Below are positions 52,733 to 63,457 of a DNA stretch of 64,000 nt, piece by piece (the first letter of the stretch is position 1; each line of letters begins with the position of its first letter). A program made the translations under genes and the position numbers. The notes under the pieces were generated by a model that ran no database searches, had not been told where the DNA came from, and saw only the letters and a list, made by a program, of their open reading frames with translations. Location: assembly GCA_963842395.1 (NCBI GenBank), contig CAWJGJ010000002.1:6481-70480 (forward strand), given 5' to 3'. Source of the DNA: an uncultured Acidimicrobiales bacterium. Its GTDB lineage: Bacteria; Actinomycetota; Acidimicrobiia; Acidimicrobiales; VFJN01.

Positions 52733-53278
52733 TCAGTCCACGGAGAAGTGGTCCCGCTGCTCGCTCATGTCGACGACCTCGACGTGGCGGGAGAACCCGC
52801 GGATGACCTGGGGGCCGAGCTGGCGGTGGGCCAGGCCCTCGCCCGACGCGTCGAACAACGAGGCCGTGACGAGGATCTGGTGCGGCCGCGCCTCGTCACA
52901 CAGCCGGGCCGCCAGGTTCACCGGCCTGCCGATGTAGTCGTCGCCCTCGAAGAGGATCACCCGGCCGGCCGCCACGCCGCCCCGGAGCGGAAGCGCGCAG
53001 CCCCGCCGATCGAGCGCCTGCTCCATCCGCAGCACCGCGTCGAGCAGCGGACGGGGCTCGGTCGCGACCAGCATCGCCCCGTCGCCGAGCCACTTGGCCA
53101 CCCGGACGCCACGCCAGCCCGCCCGCTCGCGCACCACCGCCCGGAACGTCGAGAGCGCCGCCACCGCCGCACCCACGCCCTGCTCGTCGGTGAGGGATGT
53201 GAACCCGCACAGATCGATGAACGCGAAGTTGCGACGCACGAGCGCATCGGCGTTCTCGTTGTCCGGCAGCTCGTCCAC
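52733..53278 (-). CDS. stand-alone class III adenylate/guanylate cyclase domain protein
   Basis: GTG 53278, 181 aa. FAFIDLCGFTSL (metal Asp), KWLGDGAMLV and GRPVNLAARL motifs. The upstream part of track ORF 52733..54118 is Arg-rich off-frame sequence. Confidence 0.7.
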   Translation of the reverse strand: MDELPDNENADALVRRNFAFIDLCGFTSLTDEQGVGAAVAALSTFRAVVRERAGWRGVRVAKWLGDGAMLVATEPRPLLDAVLRMEQALDRRGCALPLRGGVAAGRVILFEGDDYIGRPVNLAARLCDEARPHQILVTASLFDASGEGLAHRQLGPQVIRGFSRHVEVVDMSEQRDHFSVD

Positions 53279-53358
53279 GGCCCGGATGCTAGTGGTGGCG
53301 CTGTCCGCAGCCCGACCCCGCCCAGGCCCCGGCGACCCGGCCGCTACCGTGCCGAGCC

Positions 53359-54171
53359 GTGCCCGCACTCGACGCCATCGCCGGCTGGCCCGTTGCCACG
53401 GCGGCCGGCGCGGTGGTCGATCGCGGCGGTGCCCGTCAGCGCGCCGGCCCGGGAGGGTGGCAGACCCGCATCGCGTCCGTGACCAAGCTGCTGGTGGCGT
53501 ACGCGTGCCTCGTCGCGGTCGAGGAGCAGACCCTCGACCTCGACGCGCCGGCGGGCCCGCCCGGGGCCACCGTCCGCCACCTGCTGGCCCACGCCTCCGG
53601 CCTGCCGTTCGAGGGCACCACTCCCCTGGCGGCCCCCGGGCGCCGCCGCATCTACAGCAACTCGGGCTTCGAGGCGCTGGGCGCGGCCCTGGCCGAGGCC
53701 GCCGGCATGTCACCCGGCGACTACGTGACGGAGGCGGTGCTGGCGCCCCTGGGCATGGCCGCCACCGAGCTGCGCGGCTCCGTGGCCAAGGACGGTTGGT
53801 CGACGGTCGACGACCTCGCCCGATTCGCCACCGAGCTGCTGGCGCCCGGCCTGGTGGCGCCCGCCACGCTGGGCGAGGCGACCCGCGAGCAGTTCCCGGG
53901 CCTGGCGGGCGTGCTCCCCGACATGGGCCGCTACGACCCCAACCCCTGGGGCCTGGGCTTCGAGCTGAAGGGGGCCAAGTCGCCCCACTGGACCGCACCC
54001 GGCGGGTCGCCGCGCACGTTCGGCCACTTCGGCGGCTCGGGCGGCTTCCTGTGGGTCGATCCCGATGCCGAGGTCGCCTGCGTGGTCCTGACCGACCGCC
54101 CGTTCGGCGACTGGGCACCGCCGCGCTGGTCGGCGCTGTCGGCCGCCGTGCTCGCCGGTTCAGCGTCCTAG
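53359..54171 (+). CDS. serine hydrolase (beta-lactamase/transpeptidase-like)
   Basis: SVTK (SxxK) motif near the N-terminus, LLAHASGL, 270 aa. Confidence 0.7.
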   Translation: MPALDAIAGWPVATAAGAVVDRGGARQRAGPGGWQTRIASVTKLLVAYACLVAVEEQTLDLDAPAGPPGATVRHLLAHASGLPFEGTTPLAAPGRRRIYSNSGFEALGAALAEAAGMSPGDYVTEAVLAPLGMAATELRGSVAKDGWSTVDDLARFATELLAPGLVAPATLGEATREQFPGLAGVLPDMGRYDPNPWGLGFELKGAKSPHWTAPGGSPRTFGHFGGSGGFLWVDPDAEVACVVLTDRPFGDWAPPRWSALSAAVLAGSAS

Positions 54172-55946
54172 AAGGCGGCCGCCAGCAGGTCGTCCGGGCC
54201 GGCCGTGACCGCAGGGATCAGGCCGGCCGCCTGCGGCAGGCACTGCTCGGCGTAGAACCGCGCCGTCACCACCTTCTGGCGGAGGAATTCGGCGTCGCCC
54301 TCGCCCGCGTCCAGCAAGTGCTGCGCCGCCAGTGCCGAGCGGCCGAGCAGCCACCCGCCGGTGACGATGCCGCACATTCGCAGGTACGGGGTGGCGCCCG
54401 CCAGCGCGTTGTTGGGATCGGCCAGCCCGTTGGCCAGCAGCCAGTCGGTGGCGGCCCTCAGGCCCGCCTGCGCATCGGTGAGGTGCTTGCCGATGCCGGC
54501 CAGCTCGCCGCCCGCCGCAGTCAGCTGGCCGGCGGTGGCCTCGATGCCCGCCAGGTGGTCGGCGATGACGCCGCCGGCCCGCATGGGCAGCTTGCGGCCC
54601 ACCAGGTCCATCGCCTGGATGCCGTTGGTGCCCTCGTAGATGGCGGCGATGCGGATGTCGCGGTAGTGCTGCGCGACACCCGTCTCCTCGATGTAGCCCA
54701 TGCCGCCGTGGATCTGCACCGCCAGCGACGTCAGCTCGTTGCCCAGGTCGGTGCCCCAGCCCTTGGTGATCGGCGTCAGCAGGTCGGCCAGCTCCTGGCG
54801 CCGGGTGCGGACGTCCTCGTCGGGGTGGTGGGCGGCGAGGTCGAGGCTCTCGGCATTGAGATAGGCGAGGCAGCGCAGGGCCTCGATGTGGGCCCGCATG
54901 GTGAGCAGCATGCGGCGGACGTCGGGATGGTCGACGATCGGCGATGGCGCGCCCGCCGCGGCACCCGGCGCCCGCCCCTGCCGCCGCTCGTTCGCGTACC
55001 CGACCGCCGCCTGGTAGGCCCGCTCGCCGAGCGCCAGGCCCGACACGCCCACCGACAGCCGGGCGTTGTTCATCATCTTGAACATGTAGCGCATGCCCCG
55101 GTTGGGCTCGCCGATGAGGTAGCCGACCGCGTCGTCGTAGGCCATCACGCACGTGGGGCTGGCGTTGATGCCCATCTTCTGCTCGATCGAGACGCACTCG
55201 AGGCTGTTGCGCTCGCCCGGGCTGCCGTCGTCGTCGACCAGGAACTTGGGCACGATGAAGCACGAGATGCCCTTCGTGCCGGGCGGCGCGTCGGGCACGC
55301 GTGCCAGCACCAGGTGGATGATGTTGCCGGCCAGGTCGTGTTCGCCGTAGGTGATGAAGATCTTCTGGCCGGTGATCCTCCAGGTGCCGTCGTCCGCCGG
55401 GACTGCCCGCGTGGTCAGCGCCCCCACGTCCGAGCCCGCCTGCGGCTCGGTCAGGTTCATGGTGCCGGTCCACTCCCCCGTCACCATCTTGGGGAGGTAC
55501 ACCTCCCGCTGGGCCTCCGACCCGTAGCTGGCCAGCATGTCGATGGCACCCTGGGTCAGCAGCGGGCACAACGAGAAGGCCATGTTGGCGGCGGTCATCA
55601 TCTCCTGCATGGCGGTGGTGATCAGCCAGGGGAACCCGCCCCCGCCGTACTCGGGAGGGAAGGGGACGCCCGCCCAGCCCGCGTCGACGTAGCGGCGGTA
55701 GGCCCGGGCGAAGCCGTCAGGCGTGCTCACCGAGCCGTCGGCGTTGCGGCGGCTGTGCTGGGTGTCGCCCACGCGGTTGAGCGGCGCGAACTCCTGGGCG
55801 AAGAACCGCCCCGACTCCTCGATCACCCCATGGACCATCTCCGGCGTCGCATGCTCGAACCCGGGCAGCGCGGCCAGGCCCGGCAGGTCCACGAGGTTGT
55901 CGAGGACGAACCGCATGTCGCCCAGCGGGGCTGTGTAATCGGCCAT
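54168..55946 (-). CDS. acyl-CoA dehydrogenase (long FadE-type)
   Basis: ATG 55946, 592 aa. The ACAD N, middle and C domains are recognisable (GGGFPW, TEPQAGSD, IYEGTNGIQ). Confidence 0.85.
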   Translation of the reverse strand: MADYTAPLGDMRFVLDNLVDLPGLAALPGFEHATPEMVHGVIEESGRFFAQEFAPLNRVGDTQHSRRNADGSVSTPDGFARAYRRYVDAGWAGVPFPPEYGGGGFPWLITTAMQEMMTAANMAFSLCPLLTQGAIDMLASYGSEAQREVYLPKMVTGEWTGTMNLTEPQAGSDVGALTTRAVPADDGTWRITGQKIFITYGEHDLAGNIIHLVLARVPDAPPGTKGISCFIVPKFLVDDDGSPGERNSLECVSIEQKMGINASPTCVMAYDDAVGYLIGEPNRGMRYMFKMMNNARLSVGVSGLALGERAYQAAVGYANERRQGRAPGAAAGAPSPIVDHPDVRRMLLTMRAHIEALRCLAYLNAESLDLAAHHPDEDVRTRRQELADLLTPITKGWGTDLGNELTSLAVQIHGGMGYIEETGVAQHYRDIRIAAIYEGTNGIQAMDLVGRKLPMRAGGVIADHLAGIEATAGQLTAAGGELAGIGKHLTDAQAGLRAATDWLLANGLADPNNALAGATPYLRMCGIVTGGWLLGRSALAAQHLLDAGEGDAEFLRQKVVTARFYAEQCLPQAAGLIPAVTAGPDDLLAAAF

Positions 55947-55996
55947 GGCCCGAGACGGTAGGCCCGGCGGCCCCATGCCGAAAGATGAAGTGGGCG

Positions 55997-56929
55997 TCAG
56001 GTCACCGCGTCGGGGCGGTGGCCGGTCACGGCCAGCGTCAGCGCGTCCGCCGCCGCAACCACGCGCGCCGCGATCGCCCGCAGGTCCCGGCCGTCGACCG
56101 CGTCATCGGACAGTCCCGCCACCGAGACCGCCAGGTCCACCGTCCCCTCCGACCCGAACACCGGCGCCGTCACGTCGGCGGGGTGGTACGAGCGGCCGGC
56201 GGTCAGCTGGCCGACGACCAGGGGCTGGTGGGCCACCGCCCGCAGGAGCTCGCGCTGGGCCGCCGGCGTGGCGGCGTCGTCGACGAGCCGCCCGCGGGCA
56301 GCACCGCCGTGGGCGCCCGCGCCGGTCCGGGTGAGCGCCCGCCACTCGGCCGACGCCTCCATGACCGCGAAGCCCTGGCGCCGGATCGCGGGCAGCGCCT
56401 CGACCGCCGAGCCGACCGTCTCCCCGGCACCGGCTCGCGCCAGCCATGCCTCGACCGTCGGGGCGTCGCTCCACGCCATGAAGACCAGGCCCACGGGCGG
56501 GACGAGGGGGAGGCTCACCGGCGCCGGCGGGCCGCCGCGCTCGCGCTCGCCACCGGTCGAGTTGGCGCCGGGGCCCGCCTGGGCGACGCACACCATGTGG
56601 TCGCCCGACACCCGCCAGGCGCGGGCGCAGTGGCCGGTGGCCGCCGCCAGGCCGTCGAGCACCGCGGGAGCGAAGTCCACGGCGGTGTAGCCCCGGCGGG
56701 CGGCGTCGCCGATCGCGACCAGGCGCGGACCGAGTGAGTACCGCTTCTCGTCGGGGTGGCGCAGCAGCACCCCCCGCTCGGCCAGGGTGCTGAGCAGGGC
56801 GTGGGCGGTCGCCTTGTTGAGGGAGCAGCGCCGCGCCACCTCGGACAGCGTGAACCGCTCGTCCGGATGGCTGGCGAGGAGCTCCAGCACCGCCACCGAC
56901 CGGTCGGCCCCGGGGGCCGGTCTCGCCAC
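55997..56929 (-). CDS. IclR family transcriptional regulator
   Basis: N-terminal wHTH (VAVLELLASHPDERFTLSEVARRCSLNKATAHALLSTLAERG) plus a C-terminal effector domain. Confidence 0.85.
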   Translation of the reverse strand: MARPAPGADRSVAVLELLASHPDERFTLSEVARRCSLNKATAHALLSTLAERGVLLRHPDEKRYSLGPRLVAIGDAARRGYTAVDFAPAVLDGLAAATGHCARAWRVSGDHMVCVAQAGPGANSTGGERERGGPPAPVSLPLVPPVGLVFMAWSDAPTVEAWLARAGAGETVGSAVEALPAIRRQGFAVMEASAEWRALTRTGAGAHGGAARGRLVDDAATPAAQRELLRAVAHQPLVVGQLTAGRSYHPADVTAPVFGSEGTVDLAVSVAGLSDDAVDGRDLRAIAARVVAAADALTLAVTGHRPDAVT

Positions 56930-57163
56930 CCTCAGCCCGCGGCCGGCCGGGCGCGACGGCCCGTGCCGTGCCGTGATCGCGTGAGCAGCGACGACTGCTC
57001 GATGCCCGCTTCCATCTCCATGCCCGCCCCGTCGGCCGCGCCTGTCCGTTCCCGGCGGGAACTCTAGTGGGGCGGGACCATTCCGACCAGGGAGGGCGCG
57101 TTGCGGGCGGGCACCCTCCCCCGGTCGGACGTGCTGGGCGGCGGCCGCCGCGGTCCGGTACCG

Positions 57164-57736
57164 CTACCAGGTGCGGCTGCGCGCCTCGTAGAACCGCGTC
57201 GAGTCGGGCCGGTAGAGCAACACCAGGATCACCACGGCGAGCGCCAGGCCCAACAGCGTGAGGACGGTCGAGACCGCGGTGGTCGGCACGGTCAGTCCCA
57301 GCAGCGAGAACAGCACGTTGATCACGCCGAGGACCGTGGCCACGGTCCTGGCCCACTTCTTGCCCTTGCCGTTGGCGTTCGCCATCCACAGCCACAGGCC
57401 GATGGCGATGAGCGCGCCCACGACCGCGATGCCCACGCCCACCGTCACCGCGGCGTCGACCTCGTCGGAGGTGAAGCTGGGGTTGTCGTCCTCGATCTGG
57501 TCCCGGACGGAACCACTGGTGAGCAGGCCCAGCAGGAGGCCGAGACCGCTCAGGACCGCGCCGACGTACATGAGGCGCACCGCGGTCACGATGCTGGGCG
57601 GCTGCTCGACGAGGGCGCCGCCGCCGCCAGGACCGGGCGGCAGGTTGTCGGACGCCCACGGGCCGGGCTGGGGCGGAGGTGGGGATGGCCAACCCGGGGG
57701 CGGACCACCCTCGGGCGGAGGTGGCATGGTGCTCAT
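57164..57736 (-). CDS. hypothetical membrane protein with a Pro-rich N-terminus
   Basis: ATG 57736 after GGGAGGA, with 4 predicted TM helices. The longer track ORF (to 58423) is antisense to msrA and was rejected. Confidence 0.6.
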   Translation of the reverse strand: MSTMPPPPEGGPPPGWPSPPPPQPGPWASDNLPPGPGGGGALVEQPPSIVTAVRLMYVGAVLSGLGLLLGLLTSGSVRDQIEDDNPSFTSDEVDAAVTVGVGIAVVGALIAIGLWLWMANANGKGKKWARTVATVLGVINVLFSLLGLTVPTTAVSTVLTLLGLALAVVILVLLYRPDSTRFYEARSRTW

Positions 57737-57856
57737 CGGTACGTCCTCCCGGAACGGCTGCGTTTCCCCGCCATGATGGCCCACCGTGCCGCGGGCTCGC
57801 GGTCGCTGTTGCCCAGGCCCGCTGGCATCCCCGCAAGTCCCGGTACCCTCGGCCCC

Positions 57857-58504
57857 ATGATCTTCGGCCGTGACAAGCAGCGGATGGTCGAGCCCGAGCG
57901 GGCGCTGCCAGGCCGCGACCACCGCGTGTTCCAGGTGCCCGAGCGCCACACGGTGCTCGGCACCCCGCTCGAGCCGCCCTTCCCGGACGGGCTCGAGCGC
58001 CTCGTCGTCGGGCTCGGCTGCTTCTGGGGCGCCGAGCGCCTGTTCTGGCAGGTGCCGGGTGTGTACACCACCGCGGTCGGCTACGCGGGCGGTCTCACAC
58101 CCCACCCCACCTACGAGGAGGTGTGCTCCGGGCGCACGGGCCACACCGAGGTGGTGCTCGTGGTCTTCGACCCGGCCAAGGTCGCCTACGACGACCTGCT
58201 GCGGGTGTTCTGGGAGGGCCACGACCCCACCCAGGGCATGCGCCAGGGGAACGACGTGGGCACCCAGTACCGCTCGTGCATCCACGTCGCCGACGAGGTG
58301 CAGCGCAAGGCCGCCGAGGCCAGCCGCGACGCCTACCAACGCGAGCTGGCCGCGGCCGGCTACGGCGAGATCACCACCGAGATCGTCGACGCCCCCACCT
58401 TCTGGTACGCCGAGGACTACCACCAGCAGTACCTCGACAAGAACCCCAGGGGTTACTGCGGCCTGGGCGGCACCGGCGTGTCCTGCCCCGTCGGGCTCAC
58501 CTGA
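57857..58504 (+). CDS. msrA: peptide-methionine (S)-S-oxide reductase
   Basis: [13 protein letters not shown] catalytic motif, HTEVV and YHQQYL. ATG 57857. Confidence 0.9.
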   Translation: MIFGRDKQRMVEPERALPGRDHRVFQVPERHTVLGTPLEPPFPDGLERLVVGLGCFWGAERLFWQVPGVYTTAVGYAGGLTPHPTYEEVCSGRTGHTEVVLVVFDPAKVAYDDLLRVFWEGHDPTQGMRQGNDVGTQYRSCIHVADEVQRKAAEASRDAYQRELAAAGYGEITTEIVDAPTFWYAEDYHQQYLDKNPRGYCGLGGTGVSCPVGLT

Positions 58505-58537
58505 GAAAGGCGGCGGGCGCCGGCTCCGCGAGACCGG

Positions 58538-58611
58538 TGGGCGCGGAGGGACTCGAACCCCCGACCCCCTCCTTGTAAGGGAGGTGCTCTAGCCGACTGA
58601 GCTACGCGCCC
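58538..58611 (-). tRNA. tRNA-Val (anticodon TAC)
   Basis: The reverse complement GGGCGCGTAGCTCAGTCGGCTAGAGCACCTCCCTTACAAGGAGGGGGTCGGGGGTTCGAGTCCCTCCGCGCCCA folds as a cloverleaf. The anticodon loop is CTTACAA and CCA is not encoded. Confidence 0.85.
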
Positions 58612-58845
58612 GAAGGCGCGAGGCTACCCGCGCCCGTGCCGGCGGCCATCAGCCACGCCGCGCAGGCGGGCGGACGCGGGCAGCGTTCGCACCCGAAATG
58701 TCGGACCATCCCTCTCGGGACCCGCTCGGCCAACTACGTTCGCCCGTGAAACGACCATATCGCCGAGTCACTTTCGCCCCGTCCCCGCCGATTCAGACCT
58801 GTCCCACCACCGAGATCGTCCGCCGAGCCTCCGGAGGGAACCCGC

Positions 58846-59796
<951 letters not shown>

Positions 59797-59833
59797 CCGG
59801 CAGCCGGGACAAAGGTCGGCGGCGCCCGGGCGG

Positions 59834-60394
59834 TCAGCCCGCCAGGCGCTGATCCGCGGCCCGGGCTGCGGCCCGTCCGAGGGCGCTGCCGGGTTCTGCC
59901 CCGTCGTCCGTGCCGGTGCTCGAGGCCAGCGCCAACAGCGCGCTCACGGCCTCGGCCTGCAGCGCGGGCAGCTCGTCGGCCGGGAACCACACCGCCTCGA
60001 CCAGCTCGACCGAGCGGGCGTGCGCGTCGGCCGGGTCGACCCCTGCGGCCGGACGGGCCCGGAACACCACGTCGATGCGCTGGGGCCGGCTGTCGACGAC
60101 CACGGCCGGCTCGCTCGTGAGGTCGACCGCCAGGCCGACCTCCTCCCGCACCTCGCGCCGGGCGCACTCGGCCACGTCCTCGTTGCGCTTGATCAGGCCG
60201 CCCGGCAGGCCCCACCCCCGGCGGTAGACGAGCCGCACGAGCAGGATCGCCCCGTCGTCGCGCTCGATCACACAGGCGGCCCCGACGGTGAACGACGGGG
60301 CGGCAAGGCGGACGATCCAGCGACGCAGCACGAGCGGAAGGCGACCCCAGACCACGAGGAGCGACCTCTGCACACGTCCGACCACGCCAGCCAC
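59834..60394 (-). CDS. NUDIX hydrolase
   Basis: Nudix box: GGLIKRNEDVAECARREVREEVGL. GTG 60394. Confidence 0.75.
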   Translation of the reverse strand: MAGVVGRVQRSLLVVWGRLPLVLRRWIVRLAAPSFTVGAACVIERDDGAILLVRLVYRRGWGLPGGLIKRNEDVAECARREVREEVGLAVDLTSEPAVVVDSRPQRIDVVFRARPAAGVDPADAHARSVELVEAVWFPADELPALQAEAVSALLALASSTGTDDGAEPGSALGRAAARAADQRLAG

Positions 60395-60397
60395 GCT

Positions 60398-60560
60398 AGT
60401 GCCCTGTCCATGAACGTTTGCGCCCCGCCACGCCGGCCAGATCCGCCGCTCGCGGCGTCCTCGTCGTCGCCGCAGCTACGGCTGCGCCTTCCTCCTGCGT
60501 CCTTGCGAGCGACTGATCTGACTCGGCGTGGACAAGACGAACGTTCATGGACAGGGCACT
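60398..60560. repeat. 21-bp perfect inverted repeat pair separated by 121 bp
   Basis: AGTGCCCTGTCCATGAACGTT at 60398-60418, and its exact reverse complement AACGTTCATGGACAGGGCACT at 60540-60560. Confidence 0.9.
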
Positions 60561-60578
60561 CGTTCCCGACCTGCGGGC

Positions 60579-61430
60579 TCAGGACGGAACGGCGCGGCGC
60601 CGGGCGGCGAGCAGCGCCTCCAGCAGCGCCGGCGTCGCCCCCGCGACGGGCGTGCGCCGGGCGCCGTGGTCGAGCACGCACAGGTCGCGACCGGCGGCGT
60701 CGGCGACCGCCGCGCCGGCCTCGGCGCACACGAGCGCGCCGCCGAGGTAGTCCCACGGGCCGTGCGCGGAGGGGCTGGCGTCGACGTAGCCGTCGAGCGT
60801 CCCCTCGGCCACCGCGCACAGGTCGAGGGCCAGCGCTCCCAGGGCGCGGAACTGCCGCCATCCCAGCGGCTCGGGCGGCAGGCCCGAGATGCCCACCACG
60901 GCGTCGGCGAGCCCTGTGCAGCCGGACGTCGACAACGCGACCCCGTCCACCGACGCGCCGCCACCCCGCACGGCCGTGAACGTGCGGCCGTGGGGCAGGT
61001 CGACCACGAGCGCGGCCCGGGGCCCGTCGCGGTCGACCGCGCACAGGCTCACGGCGAACCAGGGGATGCCCTGGGCGGCGTTGGTGCTGCCGTCGAGCGG
61101 GTCGACGACGACCACCACGTCCCGGTCCGCGGCGTGCAGCCCCGACTCCTCGGACAGCACGCCCACCTCCGCAGAGCGCAGGACGCCGAGGGCGGCGCGG
61201 TCCGCGGCCAGGTCGCTGTGATGCTGCCCGGGCATCCCGCCGGTGAGCCCCCAGTCGTCGAGCTCGTCGAGCGCCCCGCGCACCGCCATCGCGGTCTCGT
61301 GCAGCAGCTCGACGAGCTGGTCGTCCGTGAGGGGCACCCGGGTGGGTCTACCAGGTCGCGCGTGGCAGGCTGGGCACGTGGCCGCCATCGACATCGCCGG
61401 TTTCGTGTCCGAGCTCAAGGACCACGCCAT
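60579..61430 (-). CDS. inositol monophosphatase family protein
   Basis: VVVVDPLDGSTN and GPWDYLGGALV motifs. The start is uncertain; the maximal ORF overlaps the divergent gene at 61378. Confidence 0.8.
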   Translation of the reverse strand: MAWSLSSDTKPAMSMAATCPACHARPGRPTRVPLTDDQLVELLHETAMAVRGALDELDDWGLTGGMPGQHHSDLAADRAALGVLRSAEVGVLSEESGLHAADRDVVVVVDPLDGSTNAAQGIPWFAVSLCAVDRDGPRAALVVDLPHGRTFTAVRGGGASVDGVALSTSGCTGLADAVVGISGLPPEPLGWRQFRALGALALDLCAVAEGTLDGYVDASPSAHGPWDYLGGALVCAEAGAAVADAAGRDLCVLDHGARRTPVAGATPALLEALLAARRRAVPS

Positions 61431-61947
61431 CGACCACGGCTTCCACGTGCACGACGAGCGGCACTTCGTGGAGACCTACTCCCTGCGACAGACGTGGGAG
61501 GTCGACCTGCACCCGGAGGAGGCGTGCGGTGGCCCGCTCGACCTCCACCTGGCCCTCGAGGTCGACCCCCGGGCCCTGCTGTCGTTCGAGGACGTCGTCA
61601 CCGGCCTTCCCGAGGACGAGGACCCGCCGGACACCTTCCACTTCCCCCTCGTGTTCAACTGGGCGCTCCCCCCGTTGCCCAAGGGCCCCGACCTGCTGAT
61701 CCTCGCCACCGAGCTGGCGGGCATCGGAGGCACGAACCTGCCGCTCGAGGTGTCGGCCATCGACTCGTACCCCTCGGTCACCGACGCCCCCGAGCGCAGC
61801 CTGGCCATCGTCTCCCGCATCGAGGTGTCGCTGGCCCGGGTGTTCATGGGCCAGGAGCAGATGTGCGAGGTGCTCGACACCTGCCTGGCGGTAAGCCGCT
61901 TCCTGCTCGAGAACGCCGACGGCTGGTTGGGTGAGGCCACGATCTGA
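61378..61947 (+). CDS. hypothetical protein
   Basis: GTG 61378, 189 aa, acidic, coding-like GC3. No motif recognised. Confidence 0.45.
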   Translation: MAAIDIAGFVSELKDHAIDHGFHVHDERHFVETYSLRQTWEVDLHPEEACGGPLDLHLALEVDPRALLSFEDVVTGLPEDEDPPDTFHFPLVFNWALPPLPKGPDLLILATELAGIGGTNLPLEVSAIDSYPSVTDAPERSLAIVSRIEVSLARVFMGQEQMCEVLDTCLAVSRFLLENADGWLGEATI

Positions 61948-61970
61948 CGGCCCGCCAGGGGCCGGGCGGG

Positions 61971-62840
61971 TCAGCCCGCCTCGTCGCCGAAGACGAACGA
62001 GGCGAGGATGGCCTCGGTCTCGGGCTGGCCGAGGACGTCAATGATCAGTAGCTGCGACTCCGGCAGGAACCAGGCCTGCGGGCTGAACTCGAAGCCCGAC
62101 CGCTCGCACACCGCGTCCCAGCGGCTGAAGTCGGCGGTGTGGCTGCCGACCGGGCGGGTCTCCCGCTCGGCCGGTGCCGTGTCGTCGTCCGCGGGACGCA
62201 CGGAGTCGAGGGCTTCGCCGCCCGGGTCGATGCCGTCGGGGCAGGTCATCACGTCGGTGGCGTGGTACCAGCTCCAGTTGCCGTCGGGGTCGTAGGGCCC
62301 GAACCCCTCGTTGCCGGGGACGTCGCCGTAGAAGATCTCGAGCGTGCAGTCGAGGGGGCCCGGGTCGGCCGTCCGGCGGAGGCACATCGCCGTGTACGGG
62401 TGCCGTTCCGTCTCGGACCCGCCTGGCACGCCGGGGTCGGTCCAGTACTCAGGCTGGGGCTCGGCCTCCCAGCCCGTGGGCAGCTCGAACTCGGCGCCGC
62501 CGATCACCGTGGGGTTCGGCACGATCGGGGGGGCGCCCCCGTCGTCGGTCCCGCCCGGCGCTGTGCCGGTGGCGGGGGGCGTACCGTCGTCGGGCAGGGT
62601 TGCGTCGTCGTCGCCGGGCTGGGTCGAGAAGCCGGAGGGCTCGTCGCGGCCGCCCACGAGCGAGGCGCCCGCCACGGCCACCAGGGCCACCGCGGCGACG
62701 GCGGCCAACCGGGTCGCCGTCCGCTGGCGGCGACGGCGGGTGATCCTGCGCCCGACGCCGGAGTAGGCGCTGCCGTCGGCCGGCGCCGTGGGCGCCAGGT
62801 CGGCGAGTGCGTTGCGGATCTGGTCCTCGGTGCTCGTCAT
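61971..62840 (-). CDS. membrane-anchored protein, putative anti-sigma factor partner of the upstream ECF sigma
   Basis: ATG 62840 overlaps the sigma gene stop (ATGA). It has a short cytoplasmic N-terminus, one TM helix (LAAVAAVALVAVAGASLV), and an extracytoplasmic domain. Confidence 0.5.
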   Translation of the reverse strand: MTSTEDQIRNALADLAPTAPADGSAYSGVGRRITRRRRQRTATRLAAVAAVALVAVAGASLVGGRDEPSGFSTQPGDDDATLPDDGTPPATGTAPGGTDDGGAPPIVPNPTVIGGAEFELPTGWEAEPQPEYWTDPGVPGGSETERHPYTAMCLRRTADPGPLDCTLEIFYGDVPGNEGFGPYDPDGNWSWYHATDVMTCPDGIDPGGEALDSVRPADDDTAPAERETRPVGSHTADFSRWDAVCERSGFEFSPQAWFLPESQLLIIDVLGQPETEAILASFVFGDEAG

Positions 62841-63415
62841 CGCAGTTCCTCCAGCCCGGACTCGAGTGCGGACAGGCCGCGGTGCAGGTGCGACTTCACC
62901 GATCCCTCGGCGAGGCCGAGGGTGGCGGCGATGTCGCGCACGGGCAGGTCGAGCCAGTAGCGCAACACCACGCATTCTCGTTGGCGCCTGGGCAGGGCGG
63001 CCAGCCGCTCGGCGACCACGTCCCGCCGGTGGCGATCCTCGGCGGCGTCGGGGCGGACATCGATGTCCCGGGCCGGCGGAGGCTGCTTGCGCCGTTCGAG
63101 GATGCGCCGCCGCACCCGGCCCCGGGCCAGGTTGCACACGATGGAGCGGAGGTACGCCACCTCACGGTCGGGGTCGAGGATGCGGTGGCGGGCCAGATGG
63201 AACTTGGCGAACCCGTCCTGCACCACCTCCTCGGCCGCGCCCCGGTCGTCGAGCAGCAGGCCGGCCAGCCCGACGAGCTCGCTGTAGTGCGCCCGGAACA
63301 GGCGCTCCGTGGTGTCGTCGTCCACGGCGGCAACGGCGCGTGGGGCGCCGGCGGCCGTGGTGCGTGCGAGGGTTGAGCGCCCGACTGTCACACCCCACTG
63401 ACGCCGGGCTCGCAC
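62837..63415 (-). CDS. ECF-type RNA polymerase sigma factor
   Basis: Region 2 (EEVVQDGFAKF..YLRSIVCNLAR) and region 4 (LPRRQRECVVLRYWLDLPVRDIAATLGLAEGSVKSHLHRG). The exact start is uncertain. Confidence 0.8.
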   Translation of the reverse strand: MRARRQWGVTVGRSTLARTTAAGAPRAVAAVDDDTTERLFRAHYSELVGLAGLLLDDRGAAEEVVQDGFAKFHLARHRILDPDREVAYLRSIVCNLARGRVRRRILERRKQPPPARDIDVRPDAAEDRHRRDVVAERLAALPRRQRECVVLRYWLDLPVRDIAATLGLAEGSVKSHLHRGLSALESGLEELR

Positions 63416-63457
63416 GAGTCGTTTACCTCGCGGCCGAGATCGGGCCCGGCCGGGACG

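Noticed and set aside
57164-58423. 419-aa minus-strand ORF spanning the msrA region.
   Set aside because: Its upstream 228 codons are antisense to the well-supported msrA gene. The real gene starts at ATG 57736, which has a strong RBS.
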